A stretch of 64,000 nucleotides of DNA from the NCBI GenBank assembly GCA_964354105.1, contig CAYGXM010000004.1:5193-69192 (forward strand). The letters are read 5' to 3'. The notes beneath the pieces were generated by a model. It was not told the origin of the DNA. It worked only from the letters and a program-made list of their open reading frames with translations, and did no database searches. The DNA is from Candidatus Woesearchaeota archaeon. GTDB taxonomy: Archaea; Nanobdellota; Nanobdellia; UBA10117. This document shows, in pieces, positions 26,320 to 37,500 of this stretch (position 1 is the stretch's first letter; the number at the start of each line of letters is the position of its first letter). The translations under genes and the position numbers were made by a program.

Positions 26320-26345
26320 CGATTTTATTTCCAAAAATAAAATCG
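26320..26345 (-). terminator. hairpin downstream of rps10 (CGATTTTATTT-CCAA-AAATAAAATCG)
   Basis: Perfect 11-bp inverted repeat about 40 nt after the rps10 stop, in a T-rich context on the transcribed strand. Confidence 0.35.
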
Positions 26346-26383
26346 GACAAGGGGAATCTGTTATGGCTTGTAAATCACAATAA

Positions 26384-26692
26384 CTACTCAATTATCTGTA
26401 TTTCTATATTAACATCAGCAGGTATAGGAACTCTCATCACTAGATGTAAAGCACGCTCATCAGCTGCTATATCCAACAATCTTTTATGAATGCGCATTTC
26501 CCACCTGTCGTAAGTTTCTGAGCCTTCTCCGCTGGGGGCTTTTCTTGTACTTATGACTAGTTTTTTAGTTGGCAAATGAATAGGTCCAGAAAAAGCAACG
26601 CCGACTCTTTTAGCTATGTCTGTTATCTGCTGAATTACAGAATTCAGCTGGTCTATGTTTGTGCTGTACAGTTTTATTCTTGCTTTCGGCAT
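26384..26692 (-). CDS. rps10: 30S ribosomal protein S10 (uS10)
   Basis: 102 aa. 'RIKLYSTN...[40 protein letters not shown]'. Confidence 0.9.
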   Translation of the reverse strand: MPKARIKLYSTNIDQLNSVIQQITDIAKRVGVAFSGPIHLPTKKLVISTRKAPSGEGSETYDRWEMRIHKRLLDIAADERALHLVMRVPIPADVNIEIQIIE

Positions 26693-26800
26693 CGTCGTTA
26701 ACTACGCGTATCCCTACACGAAGCTAAAAATAGGTTAAAAATTCGTTTTAAAAGGTTTGCTGTTAAGTAGATTTAAATAATCTTAAATGTTAAATTAGCT

Positions 26801-27232
26801 ATGGATGTAGAAATTGATTACAATCCTTCGCCTAAAAAGTCTTTCTTTATCTCTGTTGGGATTACTGCAAAAGAAGCTATCTCGTTTGATTATACCTCTA
26901 AGGGACACAGAGTTATAAAGCAAGTTTTGGTTGAAAAGAAGTCATTTCCAAAAAATAAAAGACCAACTTCAGAATGGGATACTTTGGTTATAGAAGGTGG
27001 AAAATTCAAGAAGAGATATCACGTTAAGTGGATTGATATGAATAATAAGGATTGGGTTAATAATAAAATATGGGAAACTATATGGAGAAAGCAAATATCC
27101 AAATCATTAGCAAAGAAACTATTATATTATTCACAATTTTTTTCTGATAATTATGATAAATTAGACCACCATAAAAAAGATTGGAACGAATTTGAAGAAT
27201 TGTTAAAAAAGGAAATTAGTAAGATAATTTAA
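26801..27232 (+). CDS. hypothetical protein
   Basis: 143-aa Lys/Trp-rich ORF on the opposite strand, between rps10 and tuf. Confidence 0.4.
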   Translation: MDVEIDYNPSPKKSFFISVGITAKEAISFDYTSKGHRVIKQVLVEKKSFPKNKRPTSEWDTLVIEGGKFKKRYHVKWIDMNNKDWVNNKIWETIWRKQISKSLAKKLLYYSQFFSDNYDKLDHHKKDWNEFEELLKKEISKII

Positions 27233-27274
27233 TTAGCACTAGCTTAAATAAATTAAAATAAAAGAAATAATTGC

Positions 27275-28549
27275 TTATTTCTTCACTATATCCATTACCA
27301 TGCCAGCTGCAACTGTTCTTCCCATGTCCCTAATTGCAAACTTTGCCATCTGCGGGAATTCGCTGTATTTTTCAATGCAGAAAGGCTGCAATGGTTCAAC
27401 AACAATCTCTGCCATGTCACCAGTCTTGATGAAGTCTGGCTTTTCCGCTAATGTTTGTCCAGTTCTAGGATCAAGTTTCTTCTTGATTTCCTTTATCTTG
27501 CAGGAAACTTGCGCTGTGTGGCAGTGGAATACAGGGCTGTATCCTACTGTAATAACAGTCGGATGGTTTAGAACTGCGATTTTTGCAGTGAATTCCTTTA
27601 CAACAGAAGGAGGGTTAGCTGGATGTCCAATTACATCTCCGCGTCTCATGTCTTCTTTAGTCAAACCTCTGACGTTAATGCCTACATTGTCGCCTGGCTC
27701 TGCCTGAGTCATCTGTTCGTGGTGCATTTCAATTGATTTTACTTCACCCTGCTTGCCACTTGGCATAACTATTATCTTGTCGTTAGTTTTCATGATTCCA
27801 GTTTCAATTCTTCCAACTGGAACTGTTCCAATTCCAGTTATTGTGTAAACATCCTGGACTGGCATTCTCAACGGCAAGTTTGTTGGCTTTACCGGAGGAG
27901 CCAATAAATCAAAAGCTGCCAACAGAGTTGGGCCTTTGTACCAAGGCATCTGTGTTGATGGCTTGTCTATGTTCTCGCCAAACTGTGCAGATATTGGTAT
28001 GATCGGGACTTTTGTTATGTCAAAGCCGACTGTCTTCAATAATTTCTCTACTTCTGCCTTGACTTCCAAATATCTTTTTTCCTCGTATTTTGCCATGTCC
28101 ATCTTGTTTGCAGCAACAATCAATTGTGCAACACCTAATGTCTTGGCTAGGAAAACATGCTCTCGAGTTTGCTCCATAACACCTTCACCAGGGTTAGAAC
28201 TAACTACAAGCAAAGCAGCATCTGCCTGTGATGTTCCAGTAATCATGTTTTTAACAAAATCCTTGTGGCCGGGAGCATCTATGATTGTAAAGTAATATTT
28301 TGCAGTTTCAAATTCCTGGTATGACAAATCTATTGTAACACCACGTTCCCTTTCCTCTTTAACTTTATCCATTACGAAAGCGAATTCGAAGCCTACTTTT
28401 CCATATTCAGCAGCTAATTTCTTCAAGTCAGATAGTTCCTTTTCAGTCAATTTGCCTGAGTTGAATAGAATTCGACCGACAGTGGTTGATTTTCCATGGT
28501 CTACGTGACCTATTACTACAAGATTTACGTGTGGTTTTCCTCTTGCCAT
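27275..28549 (-). CDS. tuf: translation elongation factor EF-1 alpha
   Basis: 'GHVDHGKST', 'DAPGHKDF', 'NKMD'. 424 aa. Confidence 0.95.
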   Translation of the reverse strand: MARGKPHVNLVVIGHVDHGKSTTVGRILFNSGKLTEKELSDLKKLAAEYGKVGFEFAFVMDKVKEERERGVTIDLSYQEFETAKYYFTIIDAPGHKDFVKNMITGTSQADAALLVVSSNPGEGVMEQTREHVFLAKTLGVAQLIVAANKMDMAKYEEKRYLEVKAEVEKLLKTVGFDITKVPIIPISAQFGENIDKPSTQMPWYKGPTLLAAFDLLAPPVKPTNLPLRMPVQDVYTITGIGTVPVGRIETGIMKTNDKIIVMPSGKQGEVKSIEMHHEQMTQAEPGDNVGINVRGLTKEDMRRGDVIGHPANPPSVVKEFTAKIAVLNHPTVITVGYSPVFHCHTAQVSCKIKEIKKKLDPRTGQTLAEKPDFIKTGDMAEIVVEPLQPFCIEKYSEFPQMAKFAIRDMGRTVAAGMVMDIVKK

Positions 28550-28608
28550 CTTTAATCAAAAGTGGACTCAGGATGAGCTTTTTTAAGCTTTTCTGTTATA
28601 TTATTAAC

Positions 28609-28974
28609 ATGACTGACGAAAAGCACGATTTTGTAGGCAGGGAAAAAGAACTCGAGAAGCTGCTAAAAGCGTGGGAAGATGCCAAGGCAGGCAACAGCCG
28701 AATTGCCCTTATTGGCGGCGAGATAGGCATAGGCAAGACCGCTTTAATTGAAGAATTCATCAAAAAAGCAAAAGAAGGCTCTGTAGAAATTGTGGTTTTA
28801 AGGGCAAGATGCATGGAAGATTCAATACCTTATTACCCATTCAAGGAGTTTTTTGATGATTATCTGAATAAAAGACCGGATGCAAAAGAAATAGAACAAT
28901 CTGAAGATTTGCCGTTATCGATAGCAATTATTTACGGCAATAATAAAAAGGAAGAATATTCTAGTCAAAAATAG
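28609..28974 (+). CDS. short P-loop ORF resembling the N-terminal part of AAA_16/STAND ATPases (possible gene fragment)
   Basis: 'FVGREKELEKLLKAWEDAKAGNSRIALIGGEIGIGKTALIEEF...VLRARCMEDSIPYYPFKEFF'. Only 121 aa from the ATG at 28609; the track start 28486 overlaps tuf. It ends before any Walker B or TPR region. Confidence 0.45.
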   Translation: MTDEKHDFVGREKELEKLLKAWEDAKAGNSRIALIGGEIGIGKTALIEEFIKKAKEGSVEIVVLRARCMEDSIPYYPFKEFFDDYLNKRPDAKEIEQSEDLPLSIAIIYGNNKKEEYSSQK

Positions 28975-31168
28975 GTTTTGGTATTTCCTTGGACATGCCT
29001 TTTCTTTCCCTGATCCGCATTATTGTCGGCAGCTGCAAGTCTGTAGGCAGTTTCTTGTATTTTACATCTACCAAAGACTGGAATCCTCTTCCTGCAGAAG
29101 CTGACTTTAGTGCAGCTTCAAAGCCGAACATTTCAGAAACAGGAATCTCTGCTATGACTACAAAACGAGTGCCTTGCTGTGTTGTTTCCAGCAATAAGCC
29201 ACGCCTGCCTGCGATTAGGTTGGAGACTTCTGTCAGATATTCCCTAGGAGTGTCAATTCTTGTTGTCTGTACAGGCTCGAACAAAACATCTCCTGCCAAA
29301 AGCATTGCATTTGTGACTGCTTGCCTCATGCAAGGAATCATCTGCCCTGGGCCTCTGTGAATGGAATCCTCGTGCAATTTTGCATCTGTCAAAATGACTT
29401 TCAAACCATAGCAGGGCTCTTTTGCTATGGGCCCCTGGTCGCAAATTTCCTCAAAGGACTGCATTACCATCTCAATGATTTCGCCTATGTGCACTATTCC
29501 TCTTGTTGCTTCAACCAAAACATTTCCGCCATAAATTTCAACAACTTGTTTGGCTTCATCCCTGTCCATGCCAGCTGCTGCCAGGCCGTCGATTATGTCT
29601 TTCTTTACTTTCTTTATCTTGCCCGCAGGAATTTTTCCGGATTTTATTGCAGCATAGACGCCTGCTTCCAAAGGCTCTACCTTTACAAAAAGAAGATTAT
29701 GCCTGTTAGGAGATTTTCCTTCTATGTCTTCGGTTGATTTCTTTGCAACAGTCTCTACATAAACTACAACGGGCGGAGATACAATTATGTCAAGGCCTTT
29801 TTCCCGAATTTTTCTTTCAACTTTAGCATCTAAATGCAATTCTCCTAAACCCGAAACAAGAGTTTCTCCCGTGTCAGGGCTGATTTTAATCTTGAGAGTA
29901 GGGTCCTCAGCTGCCAAAATCTTGAGGATTTCAATCAATTTAGGCAGATCCTGCGGATTCTTCGGCTCAATTGCTTTTGTAACAACAGGTTCGAAGATGT
30001 GTTTTATAGACTCAAATGGCTCAATCTCTTTTCCAACTTCGCAAAGTGTTTCTCCAACTGCAACACCGCTTAGCCCGACAATTCCAACGACATTGCCAGC
30101 TACTGAACTTTGGATTGGAATTCTTCGAGATGCAATAAATGTGCTTAATTGTTGCACTTTAGAATCATGTTTTGCTTTAATCATGGAAACAATTTGGCCT
30201 TCTGATACTTTTCCAGAAAAAATTCTTGCTGTTGCAATCATACCGGCGTGCTGGTCATAAACAACTTTTGTTATTCCTATAGCCAAATCGCCCTTTGGAT
30301 CGCATTTCAACAAAGATTTCCCAATTTCGGAATCTGCATCACCACGCCACAATCTCGGAATCCTGTATTTTTGGGCTTCAAGAGGCGACGGTAAATGTTC
30401 ACCAACCATGTCGAGAACAACAACATGCAATGGAGCTTTCTTTGCAAGCTCTTCATCCCTGTCTGCTGCACAAAGGTCGATTATATCTTTAAACGTGACG
30501 CCGAATTTTTTCATGGAAGGCACAGAGATTGCCCACTTTTTCAATGCAGAGCCAAAAGCAACTGTTCCTTTTTCAACAGAGAGCATCCACTCGTCCTTGA
30601 ATTCGGGCTCGACATTTTTCAGGATGAAATTATTAATTTCTATAACTAAATCCAGTAATCTTTTCTGCAGTGCCTGCGGAGTTAATTTCAATTCTTTGAT
30701 TGCACGATCAACTTTATTTATGAAAAGTATAGGCTTGACCCTTTCTTGTAAAGCCTGAAACAGAACAGTTTCTGTCTGGGGCATCATCCCTTCAACAGCG
30801 CAGGCCATTACAACAGCGCCGTCTACCGCACGAAGGGCCTGGGTGACATCTGCGCCAAAATCAACGTGCCCGGGAGTATCCAGCAAATTAATCAGGTAAT
30901 CCTCGCCTCTATACTTGTGGCCCATTGTAACAGTTGCACCATAAATTGTCATAAGGCGTTCATGTTCCTGCTTGTCAATCCATGTCAACATTCTTTCACC
31001 AACTAATTCTGAAGACATCATGCCAGCTTCTGCCGCCAAATTATCAGTCAAAGTGGTTTTGCCGTGATGTATATGCGCAACAATTCCTATATTTCTGATG
31101 CATTTCTGATTAAGCATGAGTTTCTGCACATTTTCCGCATGCTGAATTTCCTTTCCTGTTGCTGCCAT
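28961..31168 (-). CDS. fusA: translation elongation factor EF-2
   Basis: 'IRNIGIVAHIHHGKTTLTDNL', 'DTPGHVDF', 'NKVDR'. The start is set at 'MAATGKE' (ATG 31168) by the usual distance to the G1 motif. Confidence 0.93.
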   Translation of the reverse strand: MAATGKEIQHAENVQKLMLNQKCIRNIGIVAHIHHGKTTLTDNLAAEAGMMSSELVGERMLTWIDKQEHERLMTIYGATVTMGHKYRGEDYLINLLDTPGHVDFGADVTQALRAVDGAVVMACAVEGMMPQTETVLFQALQERVKPILFINKVDRAIKELKLTPQALQKRLLDLVIEINNFILKNVEPEFKDEWMLSVEKGTVAFGSALKKWAISVPSMKKFGVTFKDIIDLCAADRDEELAKKAPLHVVVLDMVGEHLPSPLEAQKYRIPRLWRGDADSEIGKSLLKCDPKGDLAIGITKVVYDQHAGMIATARIFSGKVSEGQIVSMIKAKHDSKVQQLSTFIASRRIPIQSSVAGNVVGIVGLSGVAVGETLCEVGKEIEPFESIKHIFEPVVTKAIEPKNPQDLPKLIEILKILAAEDPTLKIKISPDTGETLVSGLGELHLDAKVERKIREKGLDIIVSPPVVVYVETVAKKSTEDIEGKSPNRHNLLFVKVEPLEAGVYAAIKSGKIPAGKIKKVKKDIIDGLAAAGMDRDEAKQVVEIYGGNVLVEATRGIVHIGEIIEMVMQSFEEICDQGPIAKEPCYGLKVILTDAKLHEDSIHRGPGQMIPCMRQAVTNAMLLAGDVLFEPVQTTRIDTPREYLTEVSNLIAGRRGLLLETTQQGTRFVVIAEIPVSEMFGFEAALKSASAGRGFQSLVDVKYKKLPTDLQLPTIMRIRERKGMSKEIPKPIFD

Positions 31169-31258
31169 AATGATGCCTTCTAAAAATGATTTATAAGTGT
31201 TTTGCAAGGTAAATCTGTTGACGTCGCAGAAAGTTTTCCAGCAGAATATTTGGCTTTT

Positions 31259-31990
31259 TCAGGCTCTTAGAGATTTTCTCTTTTTCTTAACCATGAAACT
31301 TGCAGCTACAAGCAATATGCCAACTATAGTTAAAGCTGTGAAAACCGGCTTTGCTGTTTGGTTTAGGTTTTCGACTAGCGCTGCCGCTGTTTGCGGCATA
31401 TTTTTGAACAGCAATGGCAGCACAAAAAAGCTAGCCCCTGTGATTAAAATCGGCCAGCCAAGGGATTTTAATTTATCTGAAAGGTCTTTTGCAAAAAATA
31501 GAATTCCCAATCCTGAAATTGCTGTCAACATAAGCAACGGCATAAATATGCTATTGTAAAATTTATTTGCAGTAGAACTCATCATTACCATCAATTTATC
31601 TGTGCCCTCGAGAGTTCTCAAACAAGTTATGAAATCGCAGCCATAATCTTTGTAATACATGGAGTCAAAAAGGCTTGCTGCAATTAATGTTGGGAGCTGC
31701 TCGGAGTTTGAATTTCTGATTTCATCGCAGCTTAATGTCGCAGCCTGGGGCTCTGTCGGAATTGTAATTGTATTTTGATACGTGCAATTTTGCAAATATG
31801 CTTTGTGCGCAACAGAAAGCTGCTCGCTCGTTAAATTTTCAGACATGCCTTTTGCAATCATCGGGGTAAAAAATGATTTTAGGTTCTCAGCTTTTGTCGC
31901 TTCTGCTTCCATGTATGCAAAAAGAGCCAGGCTTAATAATACGAAAAACAATCCTACAGAAATTTTTTTCAAAAATTTATTGTTTGGCAT
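31259..31990 (-). CDS. hypothetical membrane protein
   Basis: N-terminal and C-terminal hydrophobic helices. The track start 32011 is GTG; the ATG at 31990 (MPNNKF...) is used. 14-nt overlap with the glyS stop. Confidence 0.45.
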   Translation of the reverse strand: MPNNKFLKKISVGLFFVLLSLALFAYMEAEATKAENLKSFFTPMIAKGMSENLTSEQLSVAHKAYLQNCTYQNTITIPTEPQAATLSCDEIRNSNSEQLPTLIAASLFDSMYYKDYGCDFITCLRTLEGTDKLMVMMSSTANKFYNSIFMPLLMLTAISGLGILFFAKDLSDKLKSLGWPILITGASFFVLPLLFKNMPQTAAALVENLNQTAKPVFTALTIVGILLVAASFMVKKKRKSLRA

Positions 31991-33452
31991 ATTTCTTGTA
32001 CAAATAATCACACAGATCTTTTATTTTGATGCGTTCCTGTTTCATTGTATCCCTGTTTCTTACTGTAACGTCTTTCTTCTTCAATGAATCATAATCAATT
32101 GTTATGCAGAATGGCGTTCCAATCTCGTCCATTCTCCTGTATCTTTTTCCGATGCTTCCAGACTCGTCATAAAAGCATTTGTAACAGCATTTTAATTCGT
32201 CATGGACTTTTTTTGCCAGCCCAGGAATCTTATCTTTATTGACTAATGGGAAAACTGCAACATAATATGGCGCAATCTTTGGATTTAATTTCAAAACAGT
32301 TCTAGTTTCATCTTTTACTTTTTCTTCTGCATAGGCATTGTCCAAAACTGCAAACACGCTTCTGTCGACGCCAAAAGAGTCTTCCCAGACCCACGGCAAA
32401 ACTTTTTCCTCCCCGTCAATCACAGACAAATCCTGGCCGCTTCCATTTGTGTGAGATTTCAAATCATGGTCGCTTCTATAGTGGTTTGCAACTATTTCTG
32501 TCCAGCCCAGTGATGTCAGGATTTCAAAATCCCATGCTGATTTTGCATAAAATGGTTTTTCTTCAGGCCCTATTTCACGCAAACGCATGTTTTGTTTTTT
32601 AACTCCAAGCGATTCATAAAATTGCATCAACAGAGCAAGATAATATGCTTCGATTTTGCTCTTGAAAATTTTCTTCTTAACTGCTTCCTCTAATGTTAAT
32701 GTTATGGTTTTGTTTTCTTTCCCCAGCAAAGCCAAGCGGACTTTGTACTTCTTGTATTTATCATATTTTTCAAACTTGTCTTCATTCTTTGGATTGAAGA
32801 AGACCTCTGCTTCCATCTGTGTTGCCTGCCTCATTCGAAAGAGTCCCTGCCTTGGGGATATCTCATTGCGACACATCAAACCGACCTGCGCAAACCCTAT
32901 TGGAAGCTTTGCTCTCATTATATTGTAGATTTTCTGGAAATCAACAAAGATTGACTGGCAAGTTTCCGGCCTTATGTACATTAATTCATTGTCTTTTGGC
33001 CCGAAATATGTCTTTACCATCAAGTTTGACATTTTTACTTTTGCCAGCTCGCCTTTGCACTTCGTGCAGTGAATTTTATTTTGTTTTATTAATTTGTCAA
33101 ACTCCTCAGGCTTCATAGCTTCAGGAACTATTTTTTTAGTAACATCATGTATTAACTTGTCTGCCCTGTAGATTGATTTGCATTTAATGCATTCCACTAA
33201 TGGATCCTGGAAGCTTGACAAATGCCCAGATGCTTCGAAAACTTTTGGAGGCATTATTGGGGAGCCGTCTATTTCCAACATGCCATCAGCCTCAGCGAAA
33301 TTTTTCCTCCACATCTCTATAATATTTCGTTTAAGCGCTGCTCCCAGAGGGCCGTAATCATAAAAACCAGCAGGGCCCTTGTAAATTTCAGAGGAAGGGA
33401 ACCAAAAACCCTTTCTTGTCGCAAGCTCGATAATTTTTTCGTATTGTGGCAT
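31977..33452 (-). CDS. glyS: glycyl-tRNA synthetase (archaeal/eukaryotic-type class II)
   Basis: 'ATRKGFWFPSSEIYKGPAGFYDYGPLGAALKRNI', 'FRNEISPRQGLFRMRQATQME'. 491 aa. Confidence 0.9.
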   Translation of the reverse strand: MPQYEKIIELATRKGFWFPSSEIYKGPAGFYDYGPLGAALKRNIIEMWRKNFAEADGMLEIDGSPIMPPKVFEASGHLSSFQDPLVECIKCKSIYRADKLIHDVTKKIVPEAMKPEEFDKLIKQNKIHCTKCKGELAKVKMSNLMVKTYFGPKDNELMYIRPETCQSIFVDFQKIYNIMRAKLPIGFAQVGLMCRNEISPRQGLFRMRQATQMEAEVFFNPKNEDKFEKYDKYKKYKVRLALLGKENKTITLTLEEAVKKKIFKSKIEAYYLALLMQFYESLGVKKQNMRLREIGPEEKPFYAKSAWDFEILTSLGWTEIVANHYRSDHDLKSHTNGSGQDLSVIDGEEKVLPWVWEDSFGVDRSVFAVLDNAYAEEKVKDETRTVLKLNPKIAPYYVAVFPLVNKDKIPGLAKKVHDELKCCYKCFYDESGSIGKRYRRMDEIGTPFCITIDYDSLKKKDVTVRNRDTMKQERIKIKDLCDYLYKKYAKQ

Positions 33453-33796
33453 ATTAATTCCTGCATTTGGAGATTTATAACTTTAACCCGCTACTAATGG
33501 AAGCTCTTATGGCAGGCAAGCCAGAACAGCTTTCTTGGAAAATTAATACGCTCTCTAAGACATTCCACAGCTTTAAATGAGCTTCAAATAGACAATAGAA
33601 ATTAAAAATAGTGTTCCAAAGGTTAGTGTTGCCACCCAGAGCTCTTTTTCAAAATTGCTGCTTTCTTCCCCCAAGTGCCTCACCAGTTAAACAACAGAGA
33701 AAAGAGATAAAAGCCGTTTGAAAAATAGTTTTTTAAGCTTGCCTGCTAGAAACGCTCGTGAACATCTTTTAACTCTGAGACTTATCAATTTAGCAA

Positions 33797-34501
33797 TTAG
33801 CAAGTCTCGTAGTAGCCTTTTGCTGGCTTGTGGAAGTTTATTCGCAGCCAGCTGCCGACGTAATATTTGAGTGCAATCCTGTGGAAGCTTTTCCTGAATC
33901 TCCTGTCTGAGGTAGGCATTTTCAGCCTGTAGTCAAACTTCATTTTCCCGGAATGGCCTGCCCTGAGGTAGACCCTTATCCTGCTTCCAATCTCATAATC
34001 TTCCAAAAACCTGCCCTGGAAATGGAATTTCTTCAAAACCTCTTTTCTAAAAGCCATATGTGCGCCCCAAAGGTTATGATGGCCAAAAGCTGCAAAAATG
34101 GCAGGGAAAAGTTCAGCCCAAAGCTTGAACGCCATTCTTAGTTTTAGCCTGCTTTTGCCGCTTAAAATTAGAGGGCCTGACAGGGCTAAAAGCTTAGGGT
34201 CTGTGAAATGTTTTGCAATTCTAGCTGTCCAGTCCTTATTAGGAAGATTATCTGCATCGCAGTATGCAATTATATCCCCTGTGCTATGCCTCCAGCCGAT
34301 ATTTCTAGCCGCCGTTAAGCCTGTTCCGTCATCCTTAGCTATGACATCTGCATACCTTTTTGCTATCCTTACAGTATCGTCTGTTGACTTGCCGTAAACA
34401 ACGACGATTTCAGGCCTCAGGACTTGTTTTTTAAGTGCAGAGAGGCATTTTTTCAGATAGAAAGCATCGTTTTTAGCGCACACCACGACGCTGATTTTCA
34501 T
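33797..34501 (-). CDS. family 2 glycosyltransferase
   Basis: 'ISVVVCAKNDAFYLKKCLSAL', 'DADN' (DxD). Directly downstream of, and co-directional with, the giant surface-protein genes. Confidence 0.78.
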   Translation of the reverse strand: MKISVVVCAKNDAFYLKKCLSALKKQVLRPEIVVVYGKSTDDTVRIAKRYADVIAKDDGTGLTAARNIGWRHSTGDIIAYCDADNLPNKDWTARIAKHFTDPKLLALSGPLILSGKSRLKLRMAFKLWAELFPAIFAAFGHHNLWGAHMAFRKEVLKKFHFQGRFLEDYEIGSRIRVYLRAGHSGKMKFDYRLKMPTSDRRFRKSFHRIALKYYVGSWLRINFHKPAKGYYETC

Positions 34502-34552
34502 GGTAAAAATAAAGAAATAAAGTGTTTTAAGCGTTCTGCTGCCAAAAGGTCT

Positions 34553-37500
34553 TTACTGCCTTTTCCGCCTTTCTAGGTATATGAACAGCGCTGCTATTCC
34601 TATCAGTATGAATGCTGCAACTACTGTGTTCTGCACGCCTGCAGCTCCGAATACAGCTGGCAATTTGCCTGTTGCTGCCTGTTGCTGTTTCTTCAGGATT
34701 ACTGCTGCAGCCTTCTGCTTCTCTTCCGCTATCTTTGCCTGGATTTCTGCAACCTTGGCGTTTACAGGAGCTTCCAATGCAGGCTCATTTACAGCCCTCA
34801 AGCCGCCAACTTCCTGCTTTATTTCAGTGGTCTGGCCTTCGTGCTCTGCTGTCAGTGTAAAGCTCATGTTTGGTTCTGGGCTACCCGTTTCAAGCACTCT
34901 GAATAGAATGACTTTATCTTCGCCTGCAATAATTGCCTGCACGCAATCAGATGTAGCCAATACATTGCCGTCTGCATCTAATATGCCTGCTATTTCATAG
35001 CCTTCTGGCACTTGTACGCAGACATCAACTGTCCAGTTTTCTGTGGAGCTAAATACAAATGGGTACAGCTCTTCATTTTCTTCCCATAAGACATAATCAG
35101 CAGATACGACATTTAACTCAGAGCCGATAATGATTTGCCTGTTGCCTGCTTCATACTTCACAGAGCCATACTTGTTGATTATCTTTACAATTCTGAGGTT
35201 CTTTGTCTTGACTATTTCATTTTCTCCTAATGTTACTGAGTCTGAATCATCTTCTTCCTCGTCCTTGCAGCTTCCTTCGCAGCCCCACTCATCGCGGTTG
35301 CAGTCTTTTACCTTGAAGTTCTTCAATCTTCCCTGATAGATTGTTATGCCATTTACAGTGTCAGCATATTTGCCAATTACGAGGAACTTGCCTCCGTATG
35401 CTTCCGGAGCCAAGCAGGCGCCGTCTGCTGCTGTTGTGCATCCGCCGACTAAACCAATGTCTGCTTCAAAGATATTATCATACAAATTCTTTGAAGGATT
35501 GCTTCCATATGTAGATTTGAATAAAGCATCGTTTCTGTCATAGATTTTTACATCCATACCCTCTATTGGAACAGTGCACGTCTCTTTTGCCCTTCCATTC
35601 GAGCCGTAACCGCATATGCCAGATTTCTTCTGGTCCACAATATGCATTACTGCATTTGTTATATCTCCGTATGGGCATCCCTGCAAGTCATAGAATGTTA
35701 TCTTCATGTAATCTGATGAAGGCCTTACACTTGCTTCTGCAAGTATTGACATCACATTAGTTCCTTCTGTTGCAACTGTAAATTCATCCTGGTTGATATT
35801 GCCTTTTACAGCTATGCCATCGCCCTGTTTCTCAAATTTGGCGTTAGCTGTGTTTCTTACCACAACATCTCCATCCAGAGTGGCTTTTGTCTTGTAATAT
35901 ACATATGTGTTTGATGGCAGGCCGTCTCCTTTTACACCAACAACAATTACGCCTGCATTCTTCATGTTGTCATAGCAGCCACCATGTCCGTCATGTCCGC
36001 CACCAGCACATGAAGTGCCTATGCCTGTTGCTTCAACAGCGCCCTGCCTGTCAACTACCCAGACGCCTTTCGGCAATGTGTTGTAGTTTGTATTGTCATC
36101 TATGAAATTGCCTGATGAGTCTTTCAATGGTATGTGGTATTTGCCATCAGCTGATGCAAATACTTCTGTATTTCCAGCGAAGACTCTTTGTGTTGTAACA
36201 GTTGAAGCTGTGCTTGCAAAGTCAAGTATTTCAAGCACGTATTCTGTTGGAGCTGTGAATCCAGGCACGCCTGGGCAATAATCTCCAGTGTCAGTTTGTG
36301 ATTTGGCAATTTCTGTATTGCCTACATTATCAACACTGTAATAATTAATTGTGTGAATTCCTTCAGGTATTGTAACCTGCCCGGTATACGCAACATAAGC
36401 TCCACTGTCAATTGAATAGTAAGTTATATTTACGCCGGATAATGCATCAGTAGCAGCAAGCGTAAATGCATCTGCAAACCCATCATTATCTGAATCAATT
36501 AGAGTCTTTGTTGTAGTTGGAGCGGTAGCATCAACAATAAATATGCCAGAGGCTGTTGCACTATTTCCTGCCTTATCGGTTGCTGCTACAGTTTCAGTGT
36601 GATTGCCTTCTGGCAGAGCAGTTGTCTGGCTGAATGTCCAAGTTCCGGTTTCTCCTGGCAATAGTGAGCCTGTGAATGATGTTAGTGTTGCAGGTATTCC
36701 GGCTGTTCCGTCTTTAGCAATAACAGAATCCTGGCTTGCAAATCCGCTCGTTGCATCACTTGCTTCAGTTATGATTGTAACAGTTCCGCTTGGCGCTACA
36801 TAATTTGGCGTGATTGAAGTTATCATAACTAATGGGCCTGTCCTGTCCAACAGGACTGAGCCGTCTGTATACATTGCAGCATTACCAGCTGCATCTTTAG
36901 CTATATCATAAATAGTGTAAGTGCCGTCTGCAGTACTGCTATCAAATGTGAATGTGCCTTGCCACACGCCGTTATAAGCGTCTCCAGATATCAATGTTAG
37001 CGGTATTTTTCCTACTCCACCTCCTGAGCTATCTTGGACTCCAGCGTCAACACTAGCAACTCCTGCAAGGTTGTCTGTTACAGTCTTTGTAATAGTAATT
37101 GTTGCAGTCTGGCCAACTAAGTCAGGTGTTACAGTTGCATCTACTATAGTTGGAACAGATTTATCTACGCTAATAGTGTCGCATTTTGCAGGAGTTTCTG
37201 TATTGCCTGCCGCATCAATGGAATAATAGCAGATTGTTGTTGCTCCTTCGCTTGATACTGTAAATGGCGTTGATGCTATTTCAAAAGTGCCGCCATTTAT
37301 GTTATAATATGTTGTTGCACAGCCACTGATATCATCTGTGCAAGATAATGTAACTTGAACATCTGAAGTGTACCAATTATTATTGCCCATTGTTCCTACA
37401 TAGGTTGCAGTTGTTACTGGAGGAGTTGTATCGCAGTATGGGCTAGTCAAACAGGCAGAATCATCGCAGTCTGTATAGCCGTCACAGCTGTCATCTATGC

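Noticed and set aside
26177-26383. Adenosylcobalamin riboswitch upstream of nrdJ-2
   Set aside because: The spacer is very AT-rich and I see no B12-box-like conserved core. Only generic hairpins are present, and cobalamin riboswitches are not established in archaea.
27300-31559. Numerous 60-160-aa antisense ORFs inside tuf and fusA, and similar ones inside nrdJ, the giant genes and the TPR gene
   Set aside because: They are embedded antisense in strongly supported genes, have low-complexity or biased composition, and show no motifs. They are typical shadow ORFs.
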